Assembly: GCF_009914755.1 (NCBI RefSeq)
Contig: NC_060930.1
Reading direction: 5' to 3' (one strand)
Source of the DNA: the human T2T-CHM13v2.0 reference genome, Homo sapiens
Length of the DNA: 64,000 nt
Both the position numbers and the translations under genes were made by a program. Positions within the stretch are counted from its first letter, which is position 1. Every line of letters begins with the position of its first letter. The notes beneath the pieces were generated by a model, which was not told where the DNA came from, did no database searches, and saw only the letters and a program-made list of their open reading frames with translations. Positions 36,263-50,793 of the stretch are shown in pieces.

Positions 36263-39007
36263 TAGTTAGTAAGTAGGAAGTGCTAGTAGTTAGTAGTAAG
36301 TGCTAGTAATTCAGTAGTCAGTCAGCCATACACCAATAGAGAGGTGTTTTAACATTCTGTCTTCGTAAAAACTCAGATTCTACCAGCATTATTAGTTGCA
36401 TCAAAGGTAACCCAGTCATAGGTAACTTCAAAGCTTTGAATAACCCAGAAGATATTTACTTTGCTAAAACTAGGGTAACATCTTTTAATCTAGCGCCCTT
36501 TTGCCCCTGGCTTGCAAACAACCAGTATAAATTTGAAGCTGTTATCTAATCTTGTATGTACAGTACATCAGTCATGCCACCAAAATTGATTCTTGACTTC
36601 TATACGTCTTTCTTTCCTTTGGAATTTCTCATGTTCTCTCTTCCTTCTGTGTTTTAATGAAGAAGTGTATGTGATAAAATGTGAGCTAGTCACTATTTTA
36701 TAGTCCTTATTTTGTATACCTAAGGTATTTTTAATATGGTGTTAAAATTCTTTTATATATTGTTTGGACATTTACATCTACTTCTCTAGATAACAAATTA
36801 TTGCCTCACTTATCAGGTAATCATGATGGAATTCTTCTTTTAAAATTTCTTGTGCTCTGGTCAAATGTCCTAATAGTAAGACATTTTACATATATATATA
36901 TATGTAAAATATGACTTTAGAATGACTTACAAAATAATGTTATATTAATAGATAAAAAGAATGCTGGCTGCAGAACAAAAGCCTAAAAGAAATCATGCGA
37001 TGAGAAGAAAAAAATATTTATAAGAGTTGACACAAAGCTCTAGTGGAATTGTATTTCTTCAGGCTGAGCTGATGCTTATTTACAGCAGATGTCACACCTC
37101 TGACACTGTGAATTTGAAATAGTCTGGTGAAAAAAGCAAGCAGCCCTGATGGTTTTAAGTTTTCGGCAAGGCTGCTCTAATAAATGAACAAACATTTCCA
37201 GACTGCATATTATAATCTGATTCTTCCATCTAAGCAAGCACCTAATTTTAACCATTTCAAGATAAGTTAAATATTGAACGTCTTCCCTTCCTTTCATAAT
37301 TGATAGTAGTACTAACTTTTTAAAACACTTTAACTCAAAGGTCAGTAAGACCAAATAGAGTCAATAAACTGATCTTGCTTCCAACAAGGATGAATGTAAA
37401 CCTGCAGTTAGGATAGTTAAAACACTACAACAGCAAAAATGCATGTGGCTTTTATTTATTTGTGTATATGTGTGTGTGTTACTCCTGAACTGGACACTCC
37501 TTCTTAGTTGTCTTGGGTTCTGAAAGCAGCACTGGCCGAGTACCCACTGCATGTGAGACTGGGTCCTATTTCATAACAAACTGCTTTTACTCCCAGGAAA
37601 TTGGAAATCATGAAGTTATCTGTGTTTGAGTAATCTTTCTCTCTCTCTCTTTTTTTTAAACTTTTCCATTAGCCAGAACAGACTATCTGTCTGAGATGTT
37701 ATCATGTAAGAGAGAGATAACATTTCTATTTGAAATAAAGTTTAAACTTATGACCTAGAATTCATTATTATGCTCCTTCTCAAGTTACAGTACAAAGTAG
37801 AAAACTTTCATCAAATGAATATTGTTCCATTGATTTGACACAGAATCTACCAAGTACTTTTAAACATAATGGAATGATATATAAAAATGTCTGGTTTATA
37901 GCTATGCCTGATTGAAGTACCCTTATATGAAAAATGCTCCCCTTTGCCCCCATGCCTCCAGTGATTTCTCTCCCCTTCCATGTCTTGTTTGCTTTTAAAA
38001 CTGCTACATGTTTCATCCCCATTTCTCAGTGATCTGCACCACCATTCATTACATACCCATTCCCCGCATTTTTCCTCTTACCTTCTTGTTTTTATAAGAT
38101 GATGAAAGGTTTGTGAATAGAGCTATTACTGTATTTTAGCTGGTTTTCAGTATACTTTGGTGCATTTTCACTGATGTTATGAGATAGTTGATGGCATTAA
38201 TCAGAGAAAGTGTCCAAAAGCTAATAAACCTATGACAATCCAAAAACCAGTCAGGAGAAGATATTAAATGAGATAAAATGTGTAAATCTTAACCATCCAG
38301 CTAACTATTCACATACCTTTCATTGGCATCTAATACAAAGTTGTGCACATAGTAGATATTCTTCAATTTTTTTGTCCATTTGGTTTTCATTTGATTCTAT
38401 GAAAATGATTAAATGAATATTATAAGCAGTTGAATCCACTAGCAGACAATGTGTCTAGTTAATTTCTCATCATATAATCAGATGATAAAAGAGGTTAGAA
38501 CAGTAGTTGATAATTTTTTTTAAAAATTAGTTAAGTTGGTCTGAACACTGAGCTTTAGGGGAGACATAGAGTATTCATTTCCACTGCCAGCAGTTCAGAG
38601 TTTGAATTTACTTTGGTTCCATGAGACCACAGGCTGATCCCTGCTTGTTATGCTGAATAGTACTGGACAATACAGAGCCTTCCAAACACACGATTTATTA
38701 TGCAACAGAAAGAACCAAATGGCAATTATACTAACTGAATTTTGCTTTTTATTTGATAATACTGAGCACCTACCCATAGGGTGGTCTGATTAAATAGGTT
38801 TAAATACTATCTTTTATGGACTTCCTTTTCTTTAGGTATGGAAAACAGTGAGCAGTAGTTATCTTATTAATGGCATTATTTTAAGCACAATGTAGTTTAG
38901 ATATTAGGGTTTTGAAAAATAACATACTTAATCATTTTTATAAAAAGCAGAGATCTTATTATATTTATACTGACAAGAAAGTAATTTTCTATTTAAATGC
39001 CAACAGA

Positions 39008-39373
<366 letters not shown>

Positions 39374-39515
39374 TTATATGCTGTTCAAAATTATTTTAGA
39401 TGTAGGCAATAGAAGATGGAGAATTAAAAGAGTTATTATGGGAAATCAGTAATTGTTAATTGGTAATGATGGTGAAATTTAGGGAAAGTAGCTATTGATT
39501 AAGGAGCTGTAAATT

Positions 39516-39776
39516 TGCTGGGTGCAGTGGCTCACGCCTCTAATCCCAGCACTTTGGAGAACCAAGGTGGGAGGATTACTTGAGCCCAGGAGTTCAAGAC
39601 CAGACTGGGTAACAAAGTGACAGCCCGTCTCTACAAAAAATTAAAAAAAAAAAAATTAGCCAAGCATGTTGGCACACACCTGTAGTCCCAGCTACTGAGG
39701 GATGCTGAGCCCTGATTATGCCACTGTAGTCCAGCCTGGATAACAGAGCAAGACCCTGTCTCAAAAAAAAAAAAAA
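39516..39776 (+). mobile_element. Alu (J) with a deletion
   Basis: Alu consensus. TSD-like agctgtaa on both sides. Confidence 0.88.
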
Positions 39777-40203
39777 GCTGTAAGTTATCATCCATTTTGA
39801 TGACACAAGTATACATTGAACCTGTTCTTGATTGATAAATTATAAATTGAACAGAGAAACCATATCTGAAGTTAAACTCAGTAGGTTTTTGCAGTGTGTG
39901 CCTTCCAGGGATCAGTGATGGTAAAAGGTTGAGGAGCTTTTCTGCCATCACAACCAGAAATTTCAAGGATCCATTCTCAATAAGGAAATAAGAGATATAT
40001 ACACACACTTCTTCCCTCCCTTGCTTACTCCCTTATTTCCTTCTCTTTCCCTTCCTCCTTCCCTCCTTCCACCCCTCCCCTCTTCCTTTCTGAGGCATGA
40101 GTGAGTAACCTGTTGAAAACTGTTTTGAGAGATTTATTCTCTTTTGAACCACATTCCTTATAGTGGGAAATATTGTCAGTGCGACACTTGAGTTTGTTAA
40201 TAG

Positions 40204-40362
40204 CTGTAGTTCTCAAGTAGCTGCACATCACCATCTCCTGGGAAACTTTAAAAAGTACTGATGCTTAGGGCATCATCCTCAAAGATTCTGGTTTAATTGG
40301 TCTAGAGTAGGACCAAGGCATTAGTATTTTTTGAAAGCTTTCAAAATGATTCTGAGTCACTG
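40204..40362. mobile_element. MER5-type DNA transposon fossil
   Basis: gtagttctcaagtagctgcacatcaccatctcctgggaaactttaaaaagtactgatgc...agattctggtttaattggtct. Confidence 0.6.
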
Positions 40363-40537
40363 GTAGACAGGCTCACTGTCAGATGACTAACAATAATAAT
40401 GAAGGTCAATTACACAATGGCAATGGGGTTTTATAATTATAATTGCTCTTTTTTAATTACACAAATAATATATCAGTTCTTTCTTGTTATTTAAAAAAGA
40501 AACTATACAAAAATTTACAGAGTAAAAGTGAAATGCC

Positions 40538-40665
40538 AGCCAGGCAAGGTGGCTAATGCCTGTAATCCTAGCACATTGGGAGGCCAAGATGGGAGGGACT
40601 GCTTGAGCCCAGGAGTTAGACACCAGCTTGGGCAACATGGCAAAACTCTATCTCTATCAATAAAA

Positions 40666-40733
<68 letters not shown>

Positions 40734-40880
40734 GTGGTGTATACCTGTAGTCTCAGCTGCTAGAGAGTCTGAGGTAGAGGATGATTGGGTTTGGGAGGTC
40801 CGGGCTGCAGTGAGCCCTTATCACGCCACTGCACTCCAGCCTGGGCAACAGAGCTAGACCTTATCTCAAGAAAAATAAAA
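40538..40880 (+). mobile_element. Alu (J) with (CA)n in the central linker
   Basis: About 32 CA units at ~40667-40731 between the two arms. Confidence 0.88.
40667..40731. repeat. (CA)n microsatellite
   Basis: About 32 pure units. Confidence 0.95.
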
Positions 40881-40960
40881 TGCCCTTTCACCGTACTATT
40901 TTCCCTGGATGTAACCACTCTTTATTTGTCAATTCACTGTCTTCCCTCCCAGTGGTTTTT

Positions 40961-41267
40961 ACATTCATTCATTCATTCATTCATTTGACGGAGTCTTGCT
41001 CTGTCACCCAGGCTGGAATGCAGTGGTGCAATCTCAGCTCACTGCAACCTCTGCCTCCTGGGTTCAAGCAATTCTCCTGCCTCAGCCTCCTGAGTAGCTA
41101 AAATTATAGGCACGCACTACCATGCCTGGCTAAGTTTTGTGTTTTTAGTAGAGACGGAGTTTCACTGTGTTGGCCTGGCTGGTCTCAAACTCCTCCTGAC
41201 CTTGTGATCCGGCCACCTAGACCTTCCAAAGTGCTGAGATTACAGGCATGAGCCACTGCACCCGGCC
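40961..41267 (-). mobile_element. Alu (S) with a (TTCA)n tail
   Basis: Alu consensus. TSD ggtttttacat. Confidence 0.9.
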
Positions 41268-42174
41268 GGTTTTTACATGCATTTGAAAATGCACACAATT
41301 ACTTATAATCATGTCTAATGTCTTTGAAACATAAATTCGATCATACCGTATTTATGTATTATGCCGTGGTTTGCTTTTTTTACTTAACAATTTGTCTTGG
41401 AGATCTTTCCATGTCAATACATATAAATTTACCTCAATTTTTAAAAAATTATTTCATTATTCTGCTGTCTGCAAAATGTTTTTTGGTATATGTGGCTTTA
41501 ATTTATTTTTCATTTTAACAAGTTTATAGCTTAACAATAACAATTAGTTATTGTTAGCATTATTATTATAATTTAATTTTTCTAACTTTTTACCAGTATG
41601 GACAATGCTGTTGTTAATATCTTAGTACCTGAATCATTGTGTTTATCAGTGAATATTCCTGTAGAGCAAATTCCTAGAGTGAGAGTTACTAGGTCAGAGA
41701 GTATGTGTATTAATATTTTCCAATATGCTGTCAAATTGTCCTCCAAGAGAGGCAGTCTCAATTTACATTCACTCCAACCAATATAATCTGATTGCAATAT
41801 TTCAGAGCCTAAATAAATCATTCATACTGCAGTGTGATTTAATGGGCTAACTAAAATTTCCATCTTCTCTCTTTTGACTGGAATTTTATTGAGTGAGTTT
41901 GATAGCACTGATTATATAGCATATCAGCTTAAAATTCCAATTTATAATCTTAAACATATGATTAAAGAGAATAGAAAAAGTATTCACAAATTTTTAGACC
42001 AAGTTTTTCAACATGTAAAGTATAGGAGAGATGAAAAGAAAATTCAGCCTTGGCAGTGTAAAGAATCTGGATTGGACTACTCCCAGTCTTTTGTTTTATA
42101 GATGGGATGCTCAAAGAAACACGCTGACCTCCCCAGTAACAAAGTCTCAGGAAAAGTCTACTTCAATTCTTTTG

Positions 42175-42199
42175 TGTCTGTGTGTGTGTGTGTGTGTGT
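42175..42199. repeat. (TG)n microsatellite
   Basis: Seen directly. Confidence 0.9.
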
Positions 42200-44248
42200 A
42201 TTAGTGTTTTAAATTCAAGATCCTAGATATTTTAGACTTACATATAATAAAATTACATCAATATTGTTGGGTATAACATTTTTATGTAATCAAAATGGAA
42301 GTGAAATTTAATTGCTTTCAATTAAAATTCCTTTCTAGATAATCTCTAAATTTCTTCATCAATACAATTTAGATATTGTAGTTCCCAATTCATAGGCTTT
42401 GGGGGTGGATTAAATTATATAACACATTAAAAACCTTTAGCACAGTGTCTAGAATTTAGTAAGCTCTCAGTGAATTGAACCTGTTTATTATTTCTGTTAT
42501 TACCATTTTAATTCTCTTAAAAGTAAAAGTATGTTTAGTCCTTCTGTATATAGAATATTTTGTTTTTAGCATGATTAAGGTAACAGAGGGGCATGATGCT
42601 GGCTTCTATATTCCAGAAGATCCAAATGAAAACTTTTCTGGTGTTAAATGTGTATTTATTATCTAGGAAACTTTTTAAAAGAACATAAATCATCAGTATC
42701 ACCAACTAACTATTTTTGAAAACTCAGTGTTTTTACCACTGTACTTAGAATATATAAAAATTTAAGTATGGAAAACATACTTAAATAAAAATTAACTTTA
42801 CTAAAATTGTTATTGTTTAACTGGCTTACAATCTTATGAATTTGGTTATGAGAAGAATGAAATAAAAGAAACTAATTCATTAAAGTATAGGTTGATAGAG
42901 GTCAGAAGACATGTACACTATTAAAGAGACTTACTAGTTCTGTGACTCATCAAAGTTTCCTAACTCCTCTCTTGGTATTTTGGGGCTAGTCCTGTGGAGT
43001 GAGTAAACAATACCCAAATGTTTATTTAGATTGTGTAGAATCAGTCAGAACAAAATGGGGCCTTCTTTAGGAAGGTTGGTTCCAGGATCTGCCCCTCTTA
43101 CCTTCAGGAGGTGTACAGGGTAGGCAGATTGCTTCCATCAATATGCTCTGGATCCTTTGCTTGTCAGCTCTCTGTGGTTCTCTAATAACCTTTCTGCCCA
43201 CCCACCTCCCCACCACCAGCTGGCTGTGATCCAGCACTTCCATGTGTTCAGTTGATTGGCACACAATTTTAATTAAATAACAAGTATTAAAACATACTAG
43301 AATAAAAAATAATAGAGCTGAGGAATGTTATTAGTATCATTTCTGGATTTTAGTTGGACTGTACCAAGGTTTAAAATGATCTCTTCAAAGAATCAGTTAT
43401 TTTTCCTTCAGTTTAGTTCCTGTAATTTTTTTCAATCTGTGACTTTTCTTTAGCCCCTCTGCCTCCCATTTGGAAACTTTATTAATCCTTTTTTTAGTCC
43501 GTTTTTCCCAGGAATTTTTATGAAATTCCTTTTCTGTATTCGTACCTTCTTCCTGCCCAAAGCTTGCACTTCTTTCTCTACTCTTTTCTCTGTCCCTGAT
43601 ACTGCTTTACGTACTATCTTTCAACAATTCCTTCCCCTTCAGAAGCTTACAGATCACTGTCAAAATTATCCTTAATGCCCCCATCAGACCCTCAGAATGT
43701 GGATTTGAGTTTACATATAAATTCTTATTAACTTAAAATGTTCAAGTACTGTGAAGAATCCTAAGATACATTTTTTTCCATTATACTTTTAGACAAGCAA
43801 ATCTGGATCTTCCTCTGTGGTATCGCCCCTCTTCCCAATTTTTTTCATCACTCTCAGGATCGAGAGGGAATATATAACTGATGAATATTTTCATTTACAC
43901 CATTGGAATATTATTTAAAAATTAATGTCTATATTTTAACCTAGTGGTTGTCCGCTGTGCTCAGCTCCATTATTGCTGATATCATTTGAAAATATAATCT
44001 GCTTATTCAGTTGTTTGGATCAAAAAATGCAAACATTTTTAATGGTCATAGCAGATCTAAATTCTGATTTCTGAATTAGTTTTCATTTTTTGATGAAATC
44101 CTCAGAAATTTGGGTATGTTTTGATTAACTTATTAACTAGTGTAGGTGTTTGGACTTGATTTTTAAAAACTCATGTAATTACTTCAGAATATAATTAAAT
44201 AGTTCTAAAGGTCTAAACAATTTGTTTTTATTTATTTAACCATCATAA

Positions 44249-44587
<339 letters not shown>

Positions 44588-44786
44588 TTAAAATCTGAAA
44601 TTATAAATCTTATTTTGATAGTGTCTCAAAAATGTTGACTTTGATTTGATTGTTAATTATCTTCTATCTTTAAACGCTCCTTAAATAAGAAATAATACTT
44701 GTAGAATATGCTAGCTCATTAGAATTACAGTATTTATAAAATGATTTTATGAAGAACTTGATAACCGTCTAAGATTAAACTGAACA

Positions 44787-45097
44787 TTTTTGTTTATTTT
44801 ATCTTTGTTTGTTAAAACAGAGTCTAGCCCTGTTGCCCAGGCTGGAATGCAGTGAATCAATCTTGGCTCACTGCAGCCTCTGCCTCCCTGGATCAAGCAA
44901 TTCTCCTGCCCCAGCCTCCTGAGTAGCTGGAACTACAGGTGTGCCCCGCCACACCTGGCTAATTTTTTGTATTTTTAGTAGAGACAGGGTTTTGCCATGT
45001 TGGCCAGGCTGGTCTCAAACTCCTGACCTCAAGTGATCTGTCCGCCTCAGCCTCCCAGAAGTGCTGGGATTACAGGCATGAGCCACTGCACTTGGCC
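44787..45097 (-). mobile_element. Alu (S)
   Basis: Alu consensus. Confidence 0.9.
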
Positions 45098-46696
45098 TAT
45101 TTTATCTTATTTGTAATGCATGAGAAAATATCCTTTGTGCCATTGGTTCAGCATTTAATAAAGTACTTAGCATGAATAATTTTATTTTTTATGTTGGACT
45201 ATGGGAATATATAATAAAGTATGAGTATAGTTTTCTTTGTATGGTCTTTTGTGTGAGACTATGTCCTTATATTTCTTAAGCATATAGCTAAAAATGGACA
45301 CACATGATATTTTTATGCTCACATCACAATGTAAAATTCATTCCAACTACAAAGGCAAACTGATGTGGAACAGTGTGGAGGGTGAACAAAGGGGACTAAA
45401 ATCATGTATAGCTTGTATGGAGTATATAGTTGTGGTATAATTTGTGAGCTGCAAGGTAGCTGAACATTTCTATTTTGGTGTCAGTCCCTTGGGAAGGAAG
45501 GGGTTTCATAATGGAGAGTGATCTGTACTCTTAGTAAGAGTGATTGACACTGAATGATTAAATAGAAGAGAATATAAATACCACTCCTCCCCCTTTTAAG
45601 GCTAAGCACATAGACACTAAATGCAAATCTTTTCAATGTGGAAGAAAGTCTGGCCTAATGATAGCACATATCAGGAAAGCCAAGGGGGTGAATTAACTAT
45701 GCAGATCAAAATGTAAGGAAACCAAAATTATATAGCATCCTTAAAAATAACTTTTATAGCCCAAATCTAATGGTAAATGCACAGATAGAGGGTAATTGAA
45801 GATCCCATTTGTGAAAGTAGAATACTGACATCAGGCTCCTGGTCAATGAGTGGGCAAAATGGTTCCCTGAATTGGATAACACAGTGCATACCATGGTGAC
45901 TGATAAAATTGATGTGTCTGCAGGAGAGCCAGCCCTATTACTGAAGCCTTTAACCTATTTTCTGTCTCTTTGAAAATGAGCTCCTGAGTGGAAGTTATCC
46001 TCAAGGAAGTGAATTTAATTCAAAAGAAGATATTTTATAGATGGGCAACTTTAATTTAAGAATTCACTTATCTATTGTAGAGGAGAACTGTGTGGGAAAA
46101 TATATTATTATAAGTAATGTGGTTATATTTTTCAAATATGTCATTTTTTAGTGTTATTTTGAGAACCTGAATTTTAAGCATTAGCAAGTAAACTTTATTA
46201 TTTAATCTTACACTCTCTTAGAACATATGGCTGAAACAATATTGAATCTGCACTGTAATACTTTATTAAGATATGTAATTATACAATGAATAATTTAACT
46301 ACAACATGTGATTTCTTGTTTTTTTTTCTCTTTTTGAAAATATGATTCAGTCTGTCCTAAGATAAATACTTGTTAATCATTGCAAAGAATAAAAGCCCAT
46401 CTTATAAATTCATTATTCTAAAGTATATAAGGTAATATTGCTAACTGGAGAAGCAGGCAATAGTTACCCTAATTTTTGCCAATTAAAAAATTCACTGTTC
46501 AATTTATGCCAGGAGATAAAATACTAAATATCCTATATACACTGCTTAGTAGGTTGTTAGTACCTTAGTAGTTTGTCTATGAAATATAAGGTAGAATAAA
46601 TTATTAAGTTTGATGTTCTCACACACATACAAATATGTCATCATAATTCACTTCTTGTTGTGAGTCTGGACTTAAGCCAATTTTCTCAGTTAACAC

Positions 46697-46994
46697 TTTT
46701 TTTGTTGTTGTTGTTGGAGATGGAGTCTCACTCTGTCGCCAGGCTGGAGTGCAGTGGCGCAATCTCGGCTTACTGCAACCTCCGCCTCCCAGGTTCAAGC
46801 AGTTCTGCCTCAGCCTCCCGAGTAGCTTGGGACTACAAGCGCGCGCCATCATGCCCAGCTAATTTTTGTATTTTTAGTAGAGGCAGAGTTTCACCATGTT
46901 GGCCAGAATGGTCTGGATCTCCTGACCTCATAATCCGCCTGTCTCGGTCTCCCAAAGTGCTGGGATTACAAGCGTGAGCCACCGCCACCCAGCT
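46697..46994 (-). mobile_element. Alu (Sc-like)
   Basis: Alu consensus. TSD-like agttaa(c/aa)a flanks. Confidence 0.9.
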
Positions 46995-47015
46995 AGTTAA
47001 AACATTTTGTTATTA

Positions 47016-47330
<315 letters not shown>

Positions 47331-48150
47331 TAACCTGTTGTTCTTTGTGCTTCATAAATGAGATTTATGGAGTCATAAATGTATTTGGAAAATAAAATAG
47401 AAAGCTCTTAAAATATTTCATTTGGAGACAAGTCATTAAACAAATTCTGTATTTAAAATCAGATTTAACACCTTTGGTAAATATAAATTTTTCTTAGTTT
47501 CTTCCACTAATGGTTTTTTTGTTACTTTTAATATAAAATTTTAGAAGAAAATCTGATTGAACAAATATACCTCTGAAAAAATTTTCTTGCTTAGCTTTCC
47601 TTGCCAAGCTAAAAGCTGAACTTTCAAACATCTAATACAAAGCCATGTCCCCAGTGTGCATTCACATATTATGGACGGATTTCCATTTATTTTAACTTAA
47701 AAGAGATCACCCTAAAAGAAAGCTAATTTCTTACAAAAAAGAAAAGAAAGTTAACTTTTCTCATCATTGAACTAGCATGAACCTTTATTAATTCAATCTA
47801 AGTATTTAGAAGCTTTCTTTTTTTAGCACTGTTCTGATTCAGACATTTACTCTATTGCTCTAAAATTACTTGGTAATTTGCCAGATATCATCCTGACTTT
47901 CTGACTAGACTCTGACTTTCTTATATATCAAATTTCACTGCATTACTTAATTTTATACAAAGGAAAAAAATTTTTCCAGTTTAGCTGGTTTCTACAGTCA
48001 AAATAATTAACATTCAAAGAAGTGTTAAACTTTTAAATTTGGTCTAAAATTTTGCCAGTTTCTGAGTGAATTGCCACTTTGTATCATGCCAACAGCTGTA
48101 TTTCTACACTCTTGTTTTTAAAACTGGCTTGTTGTTTTTTGTTGAATATT

Positions 48151-48168
48151 CGCTGCCCTCTAGTGGGC
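48151..48168 (-). promoter_or_regulatory. CTCF motif (reverse orientation)
   Basis: Reverse complement GCCCACTAGAGGGCAGCG fits the core CCASYAGRKGGCRS. Confidence 0.7.
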
Positions 48169-48503
48169 TTAATGGTTCTTTTAAAATGACCAGATAGTGT
48201 CAAATTTAAAGGAATCCTTTCTATATGGAAGTGATTAAATATTCTTACATGTTTTAATACTCTTGTTTTTCACTGTGTTTAGTTGTGTCTCACACAACTA
48301 AGTTTTTAACCTCACCAGAACATTTTGGTGATGATAGTCTTTGAACCAACAGTGTAACCAGTATAAACAATGATAAATGCTTTTAAGAAGGCACATTAAA
48401 ATAAGCTTATCTCATTGGTAGTTTGTGTGTTTTCACATTTTAAAATGTGTTTTTGGATACATGCTGCCTACTTCTAAGATGTTTTCATCTTTTTTCCTTG
48501 TAG

Positions 48504-48873
48504 ATGCTACAACTGTGGTGGCCTTGATCATCATGCTAAGGAATGTAGTCTACCTCCTCAGCCAAAGAAGTGCCATTACTGTCAGAGCATCATGCACATG
48601 GTGGCAAACTGCCCACATAAAAATGTTGCACAGCCACCCGCGAGTTCTCAGGGAAGACAGGAAGCAGAATCCCAGCCATGCACTTCAACTCTCCCTCGAG
48701 AAGTGGGAGGCGGGCATGGCTGTACATCACCACCGTTTCCTCAGGAGGCTAGGGCAGAGATCTCAGAACGGTCAGGCAGGTCACCTCAAGAAGCTTCCTC
48801 CACGAAGTCATCTATAGCACCAGAAGAGCAAAGCAAAAAGGGGCCTTCAGTTCAAAAAAGGAAAAAGACATAA
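48504..48873 (+). CDS. LIN28B: LIN28B terminal coding exon (two CCHC zinc knuckles plus C-terminal basic NLS); 5'-partial CDS, earlier exons lie upstream of the window
   Basis: Acceptor ttttttccttgtag|A at 48503/48504 (phase 2). From 48505 it reads CYNCGGLDHHAKECSLPPQPKKCHYCQSIMHMVANCPHKNVAQPPASS...KKGPSVQKRKKT, then TAA (48871-48873). This matches the recognised human LIN28B C-terminal half with two CX2CX4HX4C motifs. Track ORF 48592-48873 is its tail. Confidence 0.98.
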
Positions 48874-48916
48874 CAGGTCTTCTTCATATGTTCTTTCCTT
48901 TACCCGGTTGCAAAGT

Positions 48917-48924
48917 CTACCTCA
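48917..48924 (+). promoter_or_regulatory. let-7 8mer site
   Basis: CTACCTCA about 44 nt after the stop codon. Confidence 0.85.
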
Positions 48925-50793
48925 TGCAAGTATAGGGGAACAGTATTTCACAAGCAGTAGCTGACCTGGGATTTTAACTACTATTGGGGAACTGTGAATT
49001 TTTTAAACAGACAAATCACTCTAAGCAAATTACATTTGAGCAGGGTGTCATGTTTTATGTTAATTCAGAGAATAAGATACTATGTCTGTCAATATGTGCA
49101 TGTGTGAGAGGGAGAGAGCCTGAGTCTGTGTGTGTACATGAGGATTTTTATATAGGAATGTAGACACATATATAAAGAGGCTTTGTCTTTATATATTTGT
49201 GTATAGATCAAAGCACACACCCTCTCTCATATAATTGGATATTTCCAAGAATTGAAAACCCATGTGAAGCATTATAGATAGTTTTAAATTTAACCCACTG
49301 GAGTTTTCTTGAAATACCACTTCTTTTATATTATATAAAACTAAAAACACGACTGTTACCTTTTGTGTGAACCAAAGGATACTTCAGATCTCAGAGCTGC
49401 CAATTATGGGGTACTAAAGGTTTTTAAGACATCCAGTTCTCCCGAATTTGGGATTGCCTCTTTTTCTTGAAATCTCTGGAGTAGTAATTTTTTTCCCCCT
49501 TTTTTGAAGGCAGTACCTTAACTTCATATGCCTCTGACTGCCATAAGCTTTTTTGATTCTGGGATAACATAACTCCAGAAAAGACAATGAATGTGTAATT
49601 TGGGCCGATATTTCACTGTTTTAAATTCTGTGTTTAATTGTAAAATTAGATGCCTATTAAGAGAAATGAAGGGGAGGATCATCTTAGTGGCTTGTTTTCA
49701 GTAGTATTTTAATATCAGCTTCTTGTAACCTTTTCCATGTTGTGAGGGTTGTAAGGGATTGTGTGGCAACAGCAGCTTCCCTTGGCTAACTCAATCTTCT
49801 ACCCATTGCTTAGAGCAGGGAGCCCTCCTTATTTACTACTGAAGACCTTAGAGAACTCCAATTGTTTGGCATATATTTTTGGTGGTGGTTTTTATTCCTC
49901 CTGGAGAGTTATCTAATTTGTTTCTAAAACAAACAAGCAGCAAAGAAATGAATTAAATACTGGGGTTGAGAATTAAAATTAAGTGGATGTTCACAGTTGC
50001 CCAATATATATGACCTGCAAATGATACGAAAAAGTGCAGCATTTAGTGGCAGTTAACAAGAGTGACAAGCCTGGGGCAGAGGTACCAAACCTCTCCCACC
50101 AGAGAGCTAGAAGTATTTTATACAGTAACTTTGATCTTATGGAAGTGACCTTCAATGCTTATTCTGAAGTAACCTATATGGTGGATACAGGATGAACATT
50201 CAGTGCCAGGGAGAATCTTCTCAGGTTGGTTCTCGTTAGAGTGATAAACTGGCTAGGGGCCATAGTATTGGTCCTGTTAGGTTTCGGTCATGGAAAAAAA
50301 AATTATTTTGGGGTCATCCTGGCTCTAGATGTTATGGGCAAATTTCTGAAACATCTGCAAGAAGGTACCAGTTAATTATAGTGCTTAATATTGGGAATAA
50401 GATTAAGCATTATAATTATAATGTATGGGCCTGTTGGTGTAAGCTCAGATAATTAAATAAAAATAGCATGACTCAAATGAGACATATTCTGCTGAACAGT
50501 TTCTACTTCCTCTCCCGCCTGTCCTGTCATGGGAGACGTGTATAGTTGCTGCTGTTTCAGCAAACCACCATAAGACGAAAATGCCTCAGGTTGGGTTGCC
50601 AGTCCTTTACAACTCAGCTTGAATTTCACAACAGTGATTGTGAGAATCTGCGTGGTATACACTGAAATATCGGTGTGCTGTGATGCAAAGCTTACCTTTG
50701 ACGATATTGAATGTGATATAGCTGTAGAGAAGTACTTCCTTGCCTTATGTGAGGATTTCAAACTTATTTAAATTATGTAGACAAATCAAAGTG

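Noticed and set aside
37076-37354. 92-aa minus-strand ORF ending CQRCDICCK in unique sequence
   Set aside because: Non-ATG start, no recognisable homology, and a length expected by chance. The region may be regulatory but I cannot support that from sequence alone.
48425-48817. 130-aa ORF overlapping the LIN28B exon
   Set aside because: Alternative frame that starts in the intron at a non-ATG codon. The true frame carries the zinc knuckles.
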